The notes under the pieces are model-generated. The model was not told the DNA's origin, made no database searches, and was given only the letters and a program-made list of their open reading frames with translations. The position numbers were made by a program, and so were the translations under genes. From positions 124,001 through 188,000 of the forward strand of contig JBEWZL010000175.1 of assembly GCA_045837725.1 (NCBI GenBank): a stretch of 64,000 nucleotides of DNA. The letters run 5' to 3'. Positions 11,975 to 25,364 of this stretch are shown piece after piece. The DNA is from Vermamoeba vermiformis (lineage: Eukaryota). How positions within the stretch are numbered: position 1 is the first letter of the stretch; each line of letters begins with the position of its first letter.

Positions 11975-14900
11975 ATGGAGGACACTGAATCAAAATTAGT
12001 TGACGACACCTGGGTTAATATATTTTCGTATATTCCTACCTTTGAGCGTGCTAAATTAGCGCAGGTAATGTAACAAATCCAGGAAAATCTATTCTTTAAT
12101 TTCAACACTTAAATTTTCTTCAAATTAATGATAGGCCAATTGAATTATTTTAAAATTCATCATCATGATCGCTTGAATAATCGTAAATTCTAAATTTAGG
12201 TTTCAAGAAAGTGGCAAGATCTGTCTCGTCGCCCCCTTGTATGGAAGCAAATTGAAGTGTCATTGCCATACTATTCTAGTAACGAAAATTTCTCACGACT
12301 TGATGGATTTTTTGCGCATTTGTTCACCAACTGCACAGCTATTACGGATTTACACTTGCAACTCGGCTCAAACGTTCCCTTCACAAGCACGCATTTCAAT
12401 GAAATTTTGCAAATCAAATCGCTTAGAAGGCTTGTATTTAAATGGAATCCATTATTTTATTCGCAAGAATTCAGTTTGGAAGCTGTTGCAGCGTGTCGAG
12501 ATCTGCGACTCCTAAATTTAACTTCATTTGCTCAGCTCTTTACTGAGGAAGAATTAACCATTCTCTTGTCGGTACGTACCACTATTCATTTTGTTACATA
12601 AGAGTACCAACACGTCATAGGGCTTGCCAAATTTGGAAGAACTTTACTTCGGTAGATTCCCTCGACGACAATTCACAGTCAAGCCTTTTGCACTCACGCC
12701 CAAGTTGCAACGATTGTCATATTCATCATCACTACCAATAGATCACGAAGAATTAGTCAAGACATGCCCCTCACTGAAGTTCGTAGTGGAGTGGGCTAGT
12801 AGAGGTCTTACCATTAGATGCGAGCCACTCAATATTTAAGAGAATAGGAGATACGGTAGTACTGACGAGTGATATTTTGAATGATCTCACGCAAGATAGG
12901 CTGAAACTTGTCGGACCGATTTTGACACCGTACCTATCTAACTCTGCAATGCCTTATCTTGCCTTGGCAATCGCTACAAATTCATTCTCGGAGCGAATAG
13001 CGTATTTGGTGAAAGAATTGCACTTTGACGTGAACGGATGGTTCGTTACATCAACTTTTTAGGTGGTGTTTGGATCTGACACTTGCCGTAGGATGCCAGA
13101 ATTCCCATACAGACCTAGTTTCATAGAAGCGCCAGAATATATTAAGGCGGTAGGCCTACTACCTATGAGAAACTAAGCTGTACTAATCTCATCATTAGGA
13201 ATCGAGAAGAGACCCCGTGCATTATGCGTTGAACTGCATTACAAAACAAGTACTAGAAACACTGTTAGAGCTCGGAGCATCAGCGGAATGCCCTAACACA
13301 TACGAGTCTTATCTTGTACGTGCTAGAAATCCTGATGAGATCATGTTGCTGCTGAAGCACGGAGCTGATCCGAACAAAATTGTGAAAGCAACAATTACTA
13401 CTGGGTTAAGAAGTATAACAGACTTTATACCTGCGTATGCCGAGACACTTAGATCACGAGGCAAAGGTAAGTAGATGCCTCTAAAAGGTTTTTTCTTATT
13501 ACTAATCTTTTAAAAGTGGCAATCAATAGCCTATTCGACGTTCCCAAGTACACCAACGTGGACGTTCTTAATGAATTTGCCAAGCACAACTGCGACTTTA
13601 ATATCAACATCGGAGACCAAACGCTTTTCGAAGTACGTTTAACGGTCAGGATTGGACGAGATCTGGAACTAACGTTTTTTAGATCCTAATTAGTGGCGAG
13701 AAATTTGATCTAAACGAGTTAATTCCTGCAATGCTGAATGTAGGCGCAAAGTTAAACACGAAGATTTTAGGATTATTGCTCTTGCGTTCTCCTCAAAAGG
13801 TAGGATTATAACAAAAATTTCTATCGCGTACGAAATGATTAACTTTTCCGGATGTAGTTCAAAGAGATGTTTAATAATAAGGAGATCGAAATCGGCTTAA
13901 TTAGTACGCAGTTAATGGCATTTATGATTATTAACGAAATGCAAGATCTACTGTAAGTATCAGAACTTAAAAATTCATCGTTATTCACTGTTCAATTCTA
14001 GCGAAGAAATCATTGAAGAGAAGGCGATGGAGGTTGATAGTGAAGGACTAACGGCGTTGCATCATTTAGTAGCATTACATAACGAAGCCTCAATTCAAAA
14101 TCAGCCTGAGCGAACGACCAGAGCTGGCCCTCGGTGGCAAGTTTCGCTGCCAGAGCAGTCACAAAAACGGTTCGGCTTCACGAATTTAAGAGCTCCAACA
14201 CCACCGTCGAGCTTGAAAGCAGCGTCTTTCCAACTTGGCGAGAGTACTCCAAGCCCAACGATTTCATTTCAAACTCAAACAGCACAAACGAGCACACTGA
14301 ATTTATCGTTTACTTTTGGAAGCAAGGTGAATTTCAGCTTCGGCCAAGCAGAGACACTGCCAGCTCAAAAGCCCGCGTCAACTCAAGAAAAGTTGACCGT
14401 AGAATTGTTGAAGCGTCTTCAAAGCAGCGTTGATGTGCGCTCAAATGCTGGAGAGACTGCCTTACTTACACTCTGCAAGTCAAATATCTCTCAACAAGTT
14501 CTCAAAGACCGAGTCGAGATGTTGTTAGAAATCGGAGCCAATGTGAATATAGCAGTACGTTTAGATCACTAGTTATGTGTACGTATAACTGACTATTGGA
14601 TCAAGGACAATAATAGTTGGACACCGCTTCATGCTGCACTCTACATTCGCTCGTGGGACGTCGCTAAAATGTTGGTGAAGCACGGTGCAAACTTAAATGC
14701 ACAGGACAGGCACGGCGTGACTCCATTAATGGCAGCGTTATACGGATTTAAGCACTTTGATGCTCAGATGTTTGATAACTTTGACGAAAACTTCATCGAA
14801 CTTTTGAAAAACGAACAAGTGGATCTGTCACTCACTACAAAGGTACACTTATGACGTATATTCAATTATGCTAACATGAGCTACGACAGTACTTCAAGCA

Positions 14901-16691
14901 AACTCTGCTTCATTTGTTGGCTTGTGTCGGCAGCGACACTCTTGGTGAAATATATCTTCAACGATCACTTGGCGGTATTAATGCGAGGTACGTATTGACG
15001 ATAGGCCTATGACAATAATAATGCTTCATAGGGACGCCAATGGCTTTACACCACTACATTATGCAGTAATGTACGACAATTATCACATGATCCCGCTGCT
15101 GCTAAAGAAGGGTGCAGACGTCAACGCACAAACAACATCGTTAAGATTGACACGTGCGTGCTATTCGATCTCCATTCGTTTTAATAACAATATTATGCAG
15201 CGTTAATGGTGTTCTTGAGCATGGTGTCAACGGACTCTCCATTTCAGTCTTACCTTAGCAATTACAATGTCTTAATGTTCGCTACCCGACAGCAGCGATA
15301 TTTCGGCTCGAAATCGCTCGGAGGAGCTTTCATGTATCCGAAAATCACCGAAGCACCATGGAATGTAGACCACCACAATAGAGAAGGCGCATCTCCTCAC
15401 TTTACGTACGTTTTTTCGCTTTGAAGTCCGAGCAATCGTTTACTACTTATCCTCAGGACGGAGGTTGAAGGTGTTATGGAGAAGATTTGGAATTTGCTTG
15501 AAAAAACAGATTGTACCTTGATTGACGCTCAAGGCAACAATTTGCTGCACTACGTATGTTTGACACGGCACTACTTTAATCGCAATTAACTAACTTCATC
15601 TCTATGCAGATCCTCTCGTATGCACAGTTCAGTATTACAGTCGCGAATAGCATTATCAATCATTATGAACAACACTCTTCAGTATTGAAATCGTTGTGGG
15701 GTAAAAAGAATTGTTTAAATAACACGCCATTCAGCCTGTAAGTCTTATAACATAGTCGTTGCAGACTAGCTAACAAATCTTCGCTAAGTGTATGTCGCCA
15801 CTTTATTGAGAAGACAGCGTAAGTGAGGTGGTTCATAATCATTTATTGTACTTAAATTTCTCGTAGAGATCAATCGAGTGTGGTGACGTTGTACAATATG
15901 GCAAAAGAGTTTAAGATTGATATGAACGAGCCCGATGGTAGAGGCTATTCTCCGTTGCATTACATCTTGAAGAGCACAATATCTGCGTACCTAAAAACTC
16001 AGTTTTTCAACCTTCCCGGTGTCGACATGGTCGGAGATATTCGCGTGCAAAATAACTTTATCAACACTGTGTTGGAACAGCAGCGAACATTTGTCATGGT
16101 TGAAAATGACCTCTTTACTACTTTGGTTCGCGCTAATCCGAACAGCGTTAATGCATGTGGCATGACCGTGCTAACGCAATTGGTTCTTAAAGTAAGAAAT
16201 ATAATCGTGTAACACGCTTTCTAATCTTCCTTAGTACTCTACGGACACGACGCAGCAACATTTATCGAAGTTAATCGACGTAGTACTTTCAAGTGATAGT
16301 AAGGCTAGCTTAGCGTTGTTCATATGAATGTTTGTACTAAATAGTCAGTCAGAAGTAGATATCAACGCGCGAGACAATAATGGAAACACTGCGCTGCATT
16401 TGGCGTGCAAGCTTTTCCACACCGGACTTCTGGAGTCCATATTTGGGCATATCGGGAACGCTAAGGAATCAGCTTCTTATTTCTTACTTCCATTTAAATT
16501 ATTACAAGGTGAGACCTAGTGGATATTTATAGTTGAATAATACTGATTGGATTATAGCTGGCGCCGATCCGACCCTTCAAAACAACGATGGCGAGACACC
16601 AATAACTTTCGTTCCTGAATTGATGCTTCACTACAAACAACTATTTGACGACTGGATTCACGATCACGCAAAGAAATTTGTCCTGATGTAA
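11975..16691 (+). CDS. Multi-exon F-box + LRR + ankyrin-repeat protein (paralogue A)
   Basis: F-box LVDDTWVNIFSYIPTFERAKLAQVSRKW, LRR-like exons, and many ankyrin motifs (GLTALH, GETALL, WTPLHAA, GVTPLM, GFTPLHYA, GNTALHLA). Confidence 0.88.
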
Positions 16692-16821
16692 TGTACAATG
16701 CCCAAGAGAATATTATTATATTAAAGCGGAAGCCGTGTTACCCAAAAATGGAAAGAAAACATTTGTGCAGCATGATCGTCAGATATCTTTGTTCATTACA
16801 TTGAAGTACATAAGGATTATA

Positions 16822-19800
16822 ATGGAGGACACGAGATCTTCGACGGATTTGTTGATTGACGATACATGGATCTTGATCTTTTCGTATTTTGCAACCAAAG
16901 AGAGGGCTTGCTTAGCACGGGTAAAAATCGAGTAATATTATAATAATTAGAATTGAGGAGTGCTTGCACAGATTTTATACTTTATTTAACAAAACTTTTC
17001 GGATCGCAGATGAACCATTAGAGCCGAGTAATATTTTTAATAATTATCCTATATCATAGGTATCAAAAAAATGGCGAGATATTATTCATAAGCCGGCTGC
17101 ATGGTCTACATTTGAATTATCATTTTTAAATGAAGATCAAAAACCCACACTACGACGAAACACTACGCCAGATGAGGTTAAAAAACTTGCATTATTAACG
17201 GGAAAATTTGTTGGAAATTATTGCTCGTCGTTGGTCGATTTGTGGATCGAGCTTCCTTGGCTCAACTCAGCAATGGTCGACACCTTCTTCCAAATTAAGA
17301 CTCTTCGTCGCTTTGCATTGCACTCAGTGTACGCTATGATGACGTCAGGTCTTTTGTATTCAAGAGAAGCTTATAAGCCAAAACAACCTCCAGCTTGCAA
17401 AGATCTGCGTTTGCTTACTTTGGAGGCACCATTAATGTCCTTCAGCGAGTCATTGGAGACCGTATTATCGGTAATACACCGAAATTATATAATATTAAGC
17501 GAGCAATATCTAATTTATAGTGTAAAATTAGACGTTGCCTAATTTGGAAGAATATTACATGAACGATATGCGCCTCGTTACGCCATCCACTTTTTCAAAA
17601 TCAAAAAAACTGAAAATAATTGGCGTCAGAATGCTCGATTTGGAACCAACAGATTTAGTCGAATGGTGTCCGTCGCTACAGTACGTTGTTTTCAACTGGA
17701 AGGAAACGACTGGACAACCTAATCCCGGCCGAGGATTCGTAAAGAAGGTCAAAAATACTACACTTATATCAGACGATACTTTCGATTTGCTCGCTGGAAG
17801 CAATCTCGAACAAGTCAAACTCATCGGAAATCTTTTGTCTCCGTACACTTACCAGCGCGAAGGTCTTACCAAGCTATGCTATCTGATGCAAAAGAAATTC
17901 GACCTACAAGTCTTCAGATACCTAGTGAAGGAGCTTAAGTGGGATATTAACGAAAAGTAAGGCGTGCTGATTCAATTTTCGGGCGCTCACAATTTTTTAC
18001 ACAGACCGTCAAAAGTCAGGTACGATTACAGACCAGTCTTTCAATCAGAGAGAGCGTATTCACCCGAAGTAAGTAATTGCAAGGTAGTAACAATGATTTT
18101 AATATTCTTGCTTAGCCTGGAATGCTCTTATGGGAACGCCCTCTCGACGTAGCAATTATGAAGTCCACGACTTTGGTGAAGGCATTGCTAGAGCTAGGCG
18201 CCAAAGTAGAGTTTCCATCCGAGAACAACTCTTTCTTGTTGAAAGCATTCAGATTTGAAGACAGAATGTTGTTGCTTAAAAACGGTGCGGATCCGAACAA
18301 ACTTGTTGATGGTGCTCCTGTGTTCATGAAGCTGTTCACGAAAAATTTCGACGGTATGTACACCAATGCAGGCATGTATTATATTTATTTGCTTATTAAT
18401 TTCAGATGCGCCTGAGGTTGTTTATGAACTCGTCAAACGCAAGTGCGATTTGAGTTTTTCTTGCAACGGCGAGACCGCATTAAGCGTAAGTTAGCTCTTG
18501 ATCATAATAGTTGTCTAACTATAGATACTCTTAGATTGCTATATCAGGAAAGAGATGGGATTGTGTTGAGGCGTTGCTCAAGAACGGTGCAAACTGGACT
18601 GCCGGCGCACTCAGACTTTTGTTGCTCCAAGATATTGAGCGCGTAAGTTCTCTTTGCTTCTTATTGACTTATCGCTAATTCAGTTCTGTAGGCCAAGAAA
18701 TTCTTAAAACGGGGTTTTAATGCCGAGTTAGAAATGCTCGATCTTCAAACTGCTCCGATTGTTGTACATCGAAGACTTCTTTCTCATTTGTAAGTTTGAT
18801 ATACGCTATATGTAGGCGTATTAATATTTTCCTTACTAACTGTTGGAAGCTCTGGATCTTTTGATGGATTGAATGACAAGCGTGAAGAAACGAGCAACAT
18901 GACTTTACTGCATCTCGTGGCGCTTAATGCAGAGACTCACGTGAACGCAATAATACCCGAAAAACGTTCAGAGACATCTCGTTGGGTGATTATTGAAGAC
19001 GAGAAAGTCCCTGATATGAGAAAGGGATTTACTGATGAAGGCACCAAGGTTGATCGACAGTCTGAAGCCTTAAAGTTCATGAAACGTGATCCCAAACTGT
19101 GGGAGAAACCAACAACAACTTCATCTACAAGAGTTGCATCCAATCCAACTTCGAGCGCAGCAACGACAGGAAATTCTGTCTCATTTAACTTTGCCGAAAC
19201 TTCATCGTCAAACAGCGGCGGAGGATTTTCGTTCAGTTCTGCACCAACTACGGTGAATACTAGCATACTACCACAACCTTCCCTTCAAATTGAACAATTC
19301 GAAGACGAGTACCTTTCGTCCGTAGAAGAACTGAAGGCAGCGTTTCAACAGATTGGAGGCGACATCAATGCTCAAACGAACAACGGCGAGACAGCATTGC
19401 TTCTTGTTTGCAAGGCGAAAATGAAGCATCAAGTGCATCAGAATCGTGCTATTGCATTGATTGAGAGCGGCGCTGATGTCAATATTGCGGTAAGTTTTTC
19501 GCTCGCTTGATCCGATCCTCAATCTTTTTGGGTACGATATTTATTTATATGGTGTATTTAATAGGACAAGAACGGTTGGACACCTCTTCACGCTGCATGC
19601 TATCGCGGATCGTGGGCTGTTGTCGAAGCACTTTTAAAGCGCAAAGCTAACATCAACGCGCAAGATAAACTCGGCATTACTCCGCCAATGGCAGCTTTAT
19701 ATGGGTTCAAGCATTGCGCTGCTTTAAAATCATCAACCAACTTTGAAGACAACTTTTTGAATTTGATCCTCGCCGAAGGCCAAACTCTGGATGTGAAGTT

Positions 19801-21905
19801 GACAGAAAGGGTAATGATGAATATGTTCTTATTATATATTAATATTGTATTAGGAGTCAAAGAGAACATTACTTCATTTGCTGGCTTGCGTTGGAGGTGT
19901 GAATTTGGTGACACCTGTCATCGGTAGTGGTGCAGATCTCAACAGCCGGTTCGTACCATAGTCAATCCTGAGACGTTATATAACATCCTTTATTTAGCGA
20001 TGCCGATGGCTTCACTCCAGTGCACTATGCGTTAATGTTTGATAACTTCACTGTGGTGAAACTTTTGATCGAGTATGGGGCTGACTACAACGCTCAAACT
20101 ACAGCGCTAAAACTCACTCGTAAGTCCAGCGCGAGAATAAATGTACGAGTACTAATAATGTCATATTTAGCGATAATGATGTTCTTCCACATGCTCAATA
20201 TGGACTCGCCGTACAACGCGTATCTTCAACGATACAACACCATGTTTTTTGCACCAGAGCCTTCAGACGTGTAGGTGATTTGACATGCGTCTTATACAAA
20301 GGATTAATTAATAGGTGTAGTAAAATTGTAACTAATCTCGGCATTAAATTACCGCCGTTGTATGAGGCCCCGTGGAACGCACCGGCAAAAATCTCGGTTG
20401 AAATGCTCAACTCTAACTTCAGGTATGGACCGGTCCATAAATTACAAATTTTAATCATACTAATAATACTCCTAAAATAATATGTTATTAATTTCTTTGT
20501 ACTTCAGAACTGAAGTCTACCATCCAAGTCGAACAGTATCTTTGTTGTTTAGTGGGCTTGAAATGATGAAATCCATTAAACCTGACCTGAAAGATGTGCA
20601 CGGCAACACCTTACTGCACATAGTACGTTTATTAATATCACTTATTGGACCTAGCTAACTATTTCGCCAGATCCCTCAAGTGAGTTTTTCTGAGTTGCCA
20701 ATGTTTGTGCATGAGTTTTGGAACGTAAAAAATGACGACGGCGATACACCTTTCCATTTGTAAGAGAAAAAAATATTATTAATTTTATTCGAATTTGGCT
20801 AATATTTTCATTGAACAGGATTTGCCGCAACATCAACCGGTACTTGGATTCACGCATAAATAATTACGTCAATGGAAATCGAACTCATAGAGCATTCTTT
20901 ACGGAGTACTTGCCACACTGGATACAATTCGATAAGATTACAAATGCGAATGAGCCTGACAGCACTGGAGTGCCGCCGTTACATCACATCTTGCAGAGTA
21001 ATCTGCCTGAAAGCGTCAAACAGAAGTTTTTCGACAAATTAGGTACGTACCAACCTCACTTTAATATTTGCAAATATTCAACGCGATCACCGTTCATGAA
21101 CGATTTGTCATTTCAAAATTTTCACACTGTCAACTGACTTCGTTTTTTAGGCGTGATCCACAAACCAATTGAAATCGTGCAAAAAACGACGTTCTTGAAG
21201 TCAGTAATGAAATCGGACACTGGAATTTCAGTGGAACTTTTCGCGAACTTGCTCAATAATGCCGGAAGCTGATCCTGCGAAAGTGCTTGAAGAGAAAGAC
21301 GATAGCGGATCAACTTTATTTTTGAACGTCGTTCGTAAAGTAAGTGTCATATGATTGGGCATAATATATATAGTTACTAATAGTATTGTCATTTAGATCT
21401 TTACTACGGGAATTGAAGCCAAAGTGTCAACAAGATCCGGATCTGTCACTTTAGTGCAGACTTCGTGGATGGGCATATTCGATTACCTGCTCAATTCTGG
21501 CCGTAAGTTCTAATCAATATACAACACTAAGTTAATACTGATGTGTCTCTAGTTGTTGATTTGAGCGTGGCGGATAAGAATGGAAATACAGCCATTCACA
21601 TCGCCGGTCAGTTTTATCACACTGGTGCTCTTGATTCGATCTACGGTAGAATAGGAAACTTTGCAAGCGCATCAGTGTATTGCTTGATAGCGTATAAATT
21701 GATCGCAGGTATGTTGTGAAACGAATTTACTATTGTGAATCAGATCTGACCTAATTTCTTTTCAATGCTTCTAGCGGGTGCTGACACTATGGCTGAAAAT
21801 AATAAGGGCGAGACAGTATATGACTACGTGCCGAACTTAATGGGTCATTATAAGTCCATCTACAAAAAACTTATCAAGGACGAGTTGAAGTATGCTACCC
21901 TTTGA
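16822..21905 (+). CDS. Multi-exon F-box + LRR + ankyrin-repeat protein (tandem paralogue B)
   Basis: LIDDTWILIFSYFATKERACLARVSKKW, with exon order and motifs matching paralogue A (MAALYGFKH, NAQTT.L.LT, EAPWN, FHTG.L.SI.G.IGN). Confidence 0.88.
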
Positions 21906-22407
21906 CAGTAACGTCAGCAATTTTATATTTATATTTTGCTCGAAGTAATTCTCATTAAAGTTGTGTCAAATGATTTTTGCAAACAGTTATTTCGCCGAAC
22001 AAACACCCCACAACAATGGATACAAAGAGAAGAAATTATTGCCACAAAGACGGGAACGGATGCTCTGTCGGACAAATTAGTATTTGTGGATTGTGAGAGT
22101 TTTTCATTGCGCTTTGGACGACTACCTGAGCGAAGTCCAACAAGAAGAATTCCAACCAAAACGGACCAACCCTGTTCTTTGTAATATTTCTTGTGATAGA
22201 GAAATAGAACCTGATTTTCTTCCGCCGGACAGGGACCGGGCAAACGAGGAGGGAAAAATTTTCATTTAAAAGCTATATTTAGGAGAGCGGCAACCGAACG
22301 GGCAGCCAAGAGAGGAGGGGGGAGAGCAAAAATAAAAGGAACCCAAGCAAAGGGCGAGACACAATTAAAGAAAGAAAGTTAGAAGAAGTCTGGTAAATTA
22401 AATCTTG

Positions 22408-25252
22408 TTATTGACCCAAGTTCTCAAATAAAACAGTCAGGTTCAATTTCTTGTGCAATTTCTCCATAAATTCGATGCACTGCGCAACAACAGCAGTATC
22501 TTCGGTTTCTTGGACCATTGAAATGACAATTTTGTCCATTTTCAACACGAAGTAATGCTTGTTGCCGTGATGTTCGTATTCAGGTTTCTGCGATCGATTT
22601 CGCTTTGCGTTGGTCGGGAATTTCTTTGCAATAATTTGATGGATCACGTGCCAATCTGCGGTAGTCAATTTTAACATGACCTAAATAAAAAGAAAATTAA
22701 TATTTTCTCTAGCTAGATGCGATCCAGATCTTCTTTTTCACATTGCATAAAATTTTTAAGGGAGGATAATATTGCCGTAGTATATATTAGCGAGATGGTT
22801 TGTTACGTACTTTGCCTTTGCTGTAAGTCACTGGCAATGGTTTATCGCTGAATTGAGCCTCGTGAGACATGGGGTTTAAGTGCGCTGCGGCGGGCAGACT
22901 ATGATGCAAATTTACATTTGAAGCGGTGGCACCGTCTGTGGTATGCGGCTGCTATAATATAATAATAACGGTATTAGTATATTTCTCGACTGTGCAGTGT
23001 TTTGTTCGCTGAAAGATCCGGATCAACACGCGTTCACGGATCCAGCTTGAAAAAATGATCTTACCATGCTCGATCGGATTGATATAGAGGGTAATATAGA
23101 TACAGTAAATAAGCACGGTGAAGTATTAGTTTGAAGGAACTCTTCGACCCTACAAAAAATTTCGTTAGTTGCAGATCGAAATCCGGATTCAGTTTGACTA
23201 CTTACATGTCGCAAAACATGCTCGTAATGCCGCTCATTAAATGCAATGTTTTAAAGCATTCTTCAGAGTGCAGCAAAGAGCTGAAATAGAAATTGAACTT
23301 CGATTGCAACGTGTCGTTTAGATCGCAACACGCTTTGTAGAGCTGAGTTTGTAACATTGTACCGTCCTATATAAATGCAATATTAATAACTATATAGCGC
23401 ATAACAGGTCATTAAGAGAATTTTGGATCCGAAATCCGGATTCAGTTTTCGAGACAAGATCCAAAAAATTCTTAAACGGATCAGGAGATCGATCATAATA
23501 ATCTAATATTCCACTATATATATACATATATATTATTTTAATAGTTAAAGTGAGTTACTTACGACGTCATAGCCAAATTTGAAGTGCCAAGACTCGAGCG
23601 CGACATCAGTTTGATTGAGCGCCAGAAAACTTTCCTTCAATTTGGCTTGCGAGAGATTGACTTCTGCTTCGAGTAGCCGATGGATAAGGGTTACTTCGGA
23701 CCTAGTCGTGAATCAAATAAGTAACTCAAGGCTATAATTGGGTTCAAAAGTGATGCCCGACACATGTCAGTTGATGACACGTGTCATACAACCGATCAGC
23801 ACAAAATGCAATTTCATTATAATATTCATAAATATTATATGCGTACATATATATATTAATAGTAAAAATATTTCAATTCGTGAAAGTAGCAATTTTTTTT
23901 TTGACATCTCGAAAAGTAGATCCCGACTTGAATTGTCCTGACCTGATTTTCGGCATATAACATATAATAATATACTTACGCAAGGTTATCTTTGACTTGA
24001 TACAACAGCGGATGATGAATCACTTCGGGCAACTGTCGTTCAATGTTGGTCAAGTCACGCAAGATGCTGTCGAATTCGAGATTGTTCTTCACACTAGCGT
24101 GCAATTGCATGTATCTGCAAATGAAAATAATCGTTCATTAACGAAAATCTAGTTCACTGAACGAAAAAAATATTTGCAATCTTTTTTGGATCAAACCAAT
24201 TTGATATTTTAAATGAGAAAAATAGTAGTATAGTGCAAAGAATAATATGAATATAATAATATAGGCCAATATTATTCTGAAAATATTATCGGATCTGGAC
24301 TTACATCGCCAAAAGTTTTTTCCTGTTCAAAACTATCAAACACATCTCTTTGAATAAATGTGATATAAATTTAGATTCTTCTCGTTTTTCTTCTAAATCG
24401 TAATTTTCAACCACTGGTGTTCGTACATTATTATTTGTATTTGAATTGTTCAAAACGGATGTAGCAAAAGAAGCGCTGACATTATTTTTGCTGTGTTGAA
24501 TATAGAGCTCTAATGTATTATCTAATGCTGCTGTTACGCGATTGAAATCTGCTAATATTTGATTGTACAGATTGGTTAAAAACTAAAAAAATGAAATTAG
24601 AAAAAGATCTCAAATCCGATCCAACTCGTATTGACCGCATAATATTCATAAAATATTGAATAGTATATATTTAATATTACTATAATAGTTTTATGACTTT
24701 ACTTACTCCTTTAGGCAAGAATTTGAAGTGCAAATAGGACATTGAATAATAAACACTTTCGCTCGTGGCGAATAGCAATAACGGGCTTATTATTTCATGA
24801 CTAAGGCCTCTATATTTACTATTCATGCGCTAAATACAAAATTTAATTAGTATTAAAGCTAGTTTTACCGATTTGAGTTGATCTTGAAAACTCGCTATTT
24901 ATTGTTTATTTCGCGGAATTATATGTATAAAAAGACATATTTTGTATTATAAGATGGTAGTGAATGGGTTAATAATGTAAATATAGGGGAATTAAATTAG
25001 ATCCCAAATTTCCGCTTGAAAATATCTTTTAGACGTAATCTAATAGATTTTGGGTACTAAAAATATATTTAAAATTATTCGAATAATTACCAATGCGTCT
25101 TCGAGCACTTGGGCTGCTTTGTGAAATTGACATCTTTCCAGATACGAAAAGTATGAAACTAAAACTCCTTTGAAAGAGACCTTTGGAGGCTCTGCTGCAA
25201 AATTAACTAAGGAAGATAGGCGCAAATCTGTTGTTGAAATTCTTGCCGCCAT
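22408..25252 (-). CDS. KICS2: KICSTOR complex subunit 2 (C12orf66/DUF2003) homologue
   Basis: Spliced segments VLVSYFSYLERCQFHKA, ATSESVYYSMSYL, HHPLLYQVKDNL..EVTLIHRLLEAEVNLSQ..LKESFLAL, LQSKFNFYF and the C-terminal FMEKLHKKLNLTVLFENL follow, in order, the blocks I recall from human C12orf66 (FFSHLG..SYDKA, AEKVYHSLTYL, HHPILSPLESSFQLEV..LLKAQ, LLAKFSFYF). Confidence 0.7.
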
Positions 25253-25364
25253 CTGCTTTTCTTGCGCTGGTCACAAAATTAATAAAAACGAATAAGTTTC
25301 GGTTTTTTCGAATCTTTTTTATTGTATTTATTTGTATATATGAACAACATAGTATCTGTATGAT

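Noticed and set aside
21929-22243. Small gene between F-box paralogue B and KICS2
   Set aside because: There is an intron-like segment on the minus strand but no recognisable protein, and the 5' part runs into a corrupted T-poor patch.
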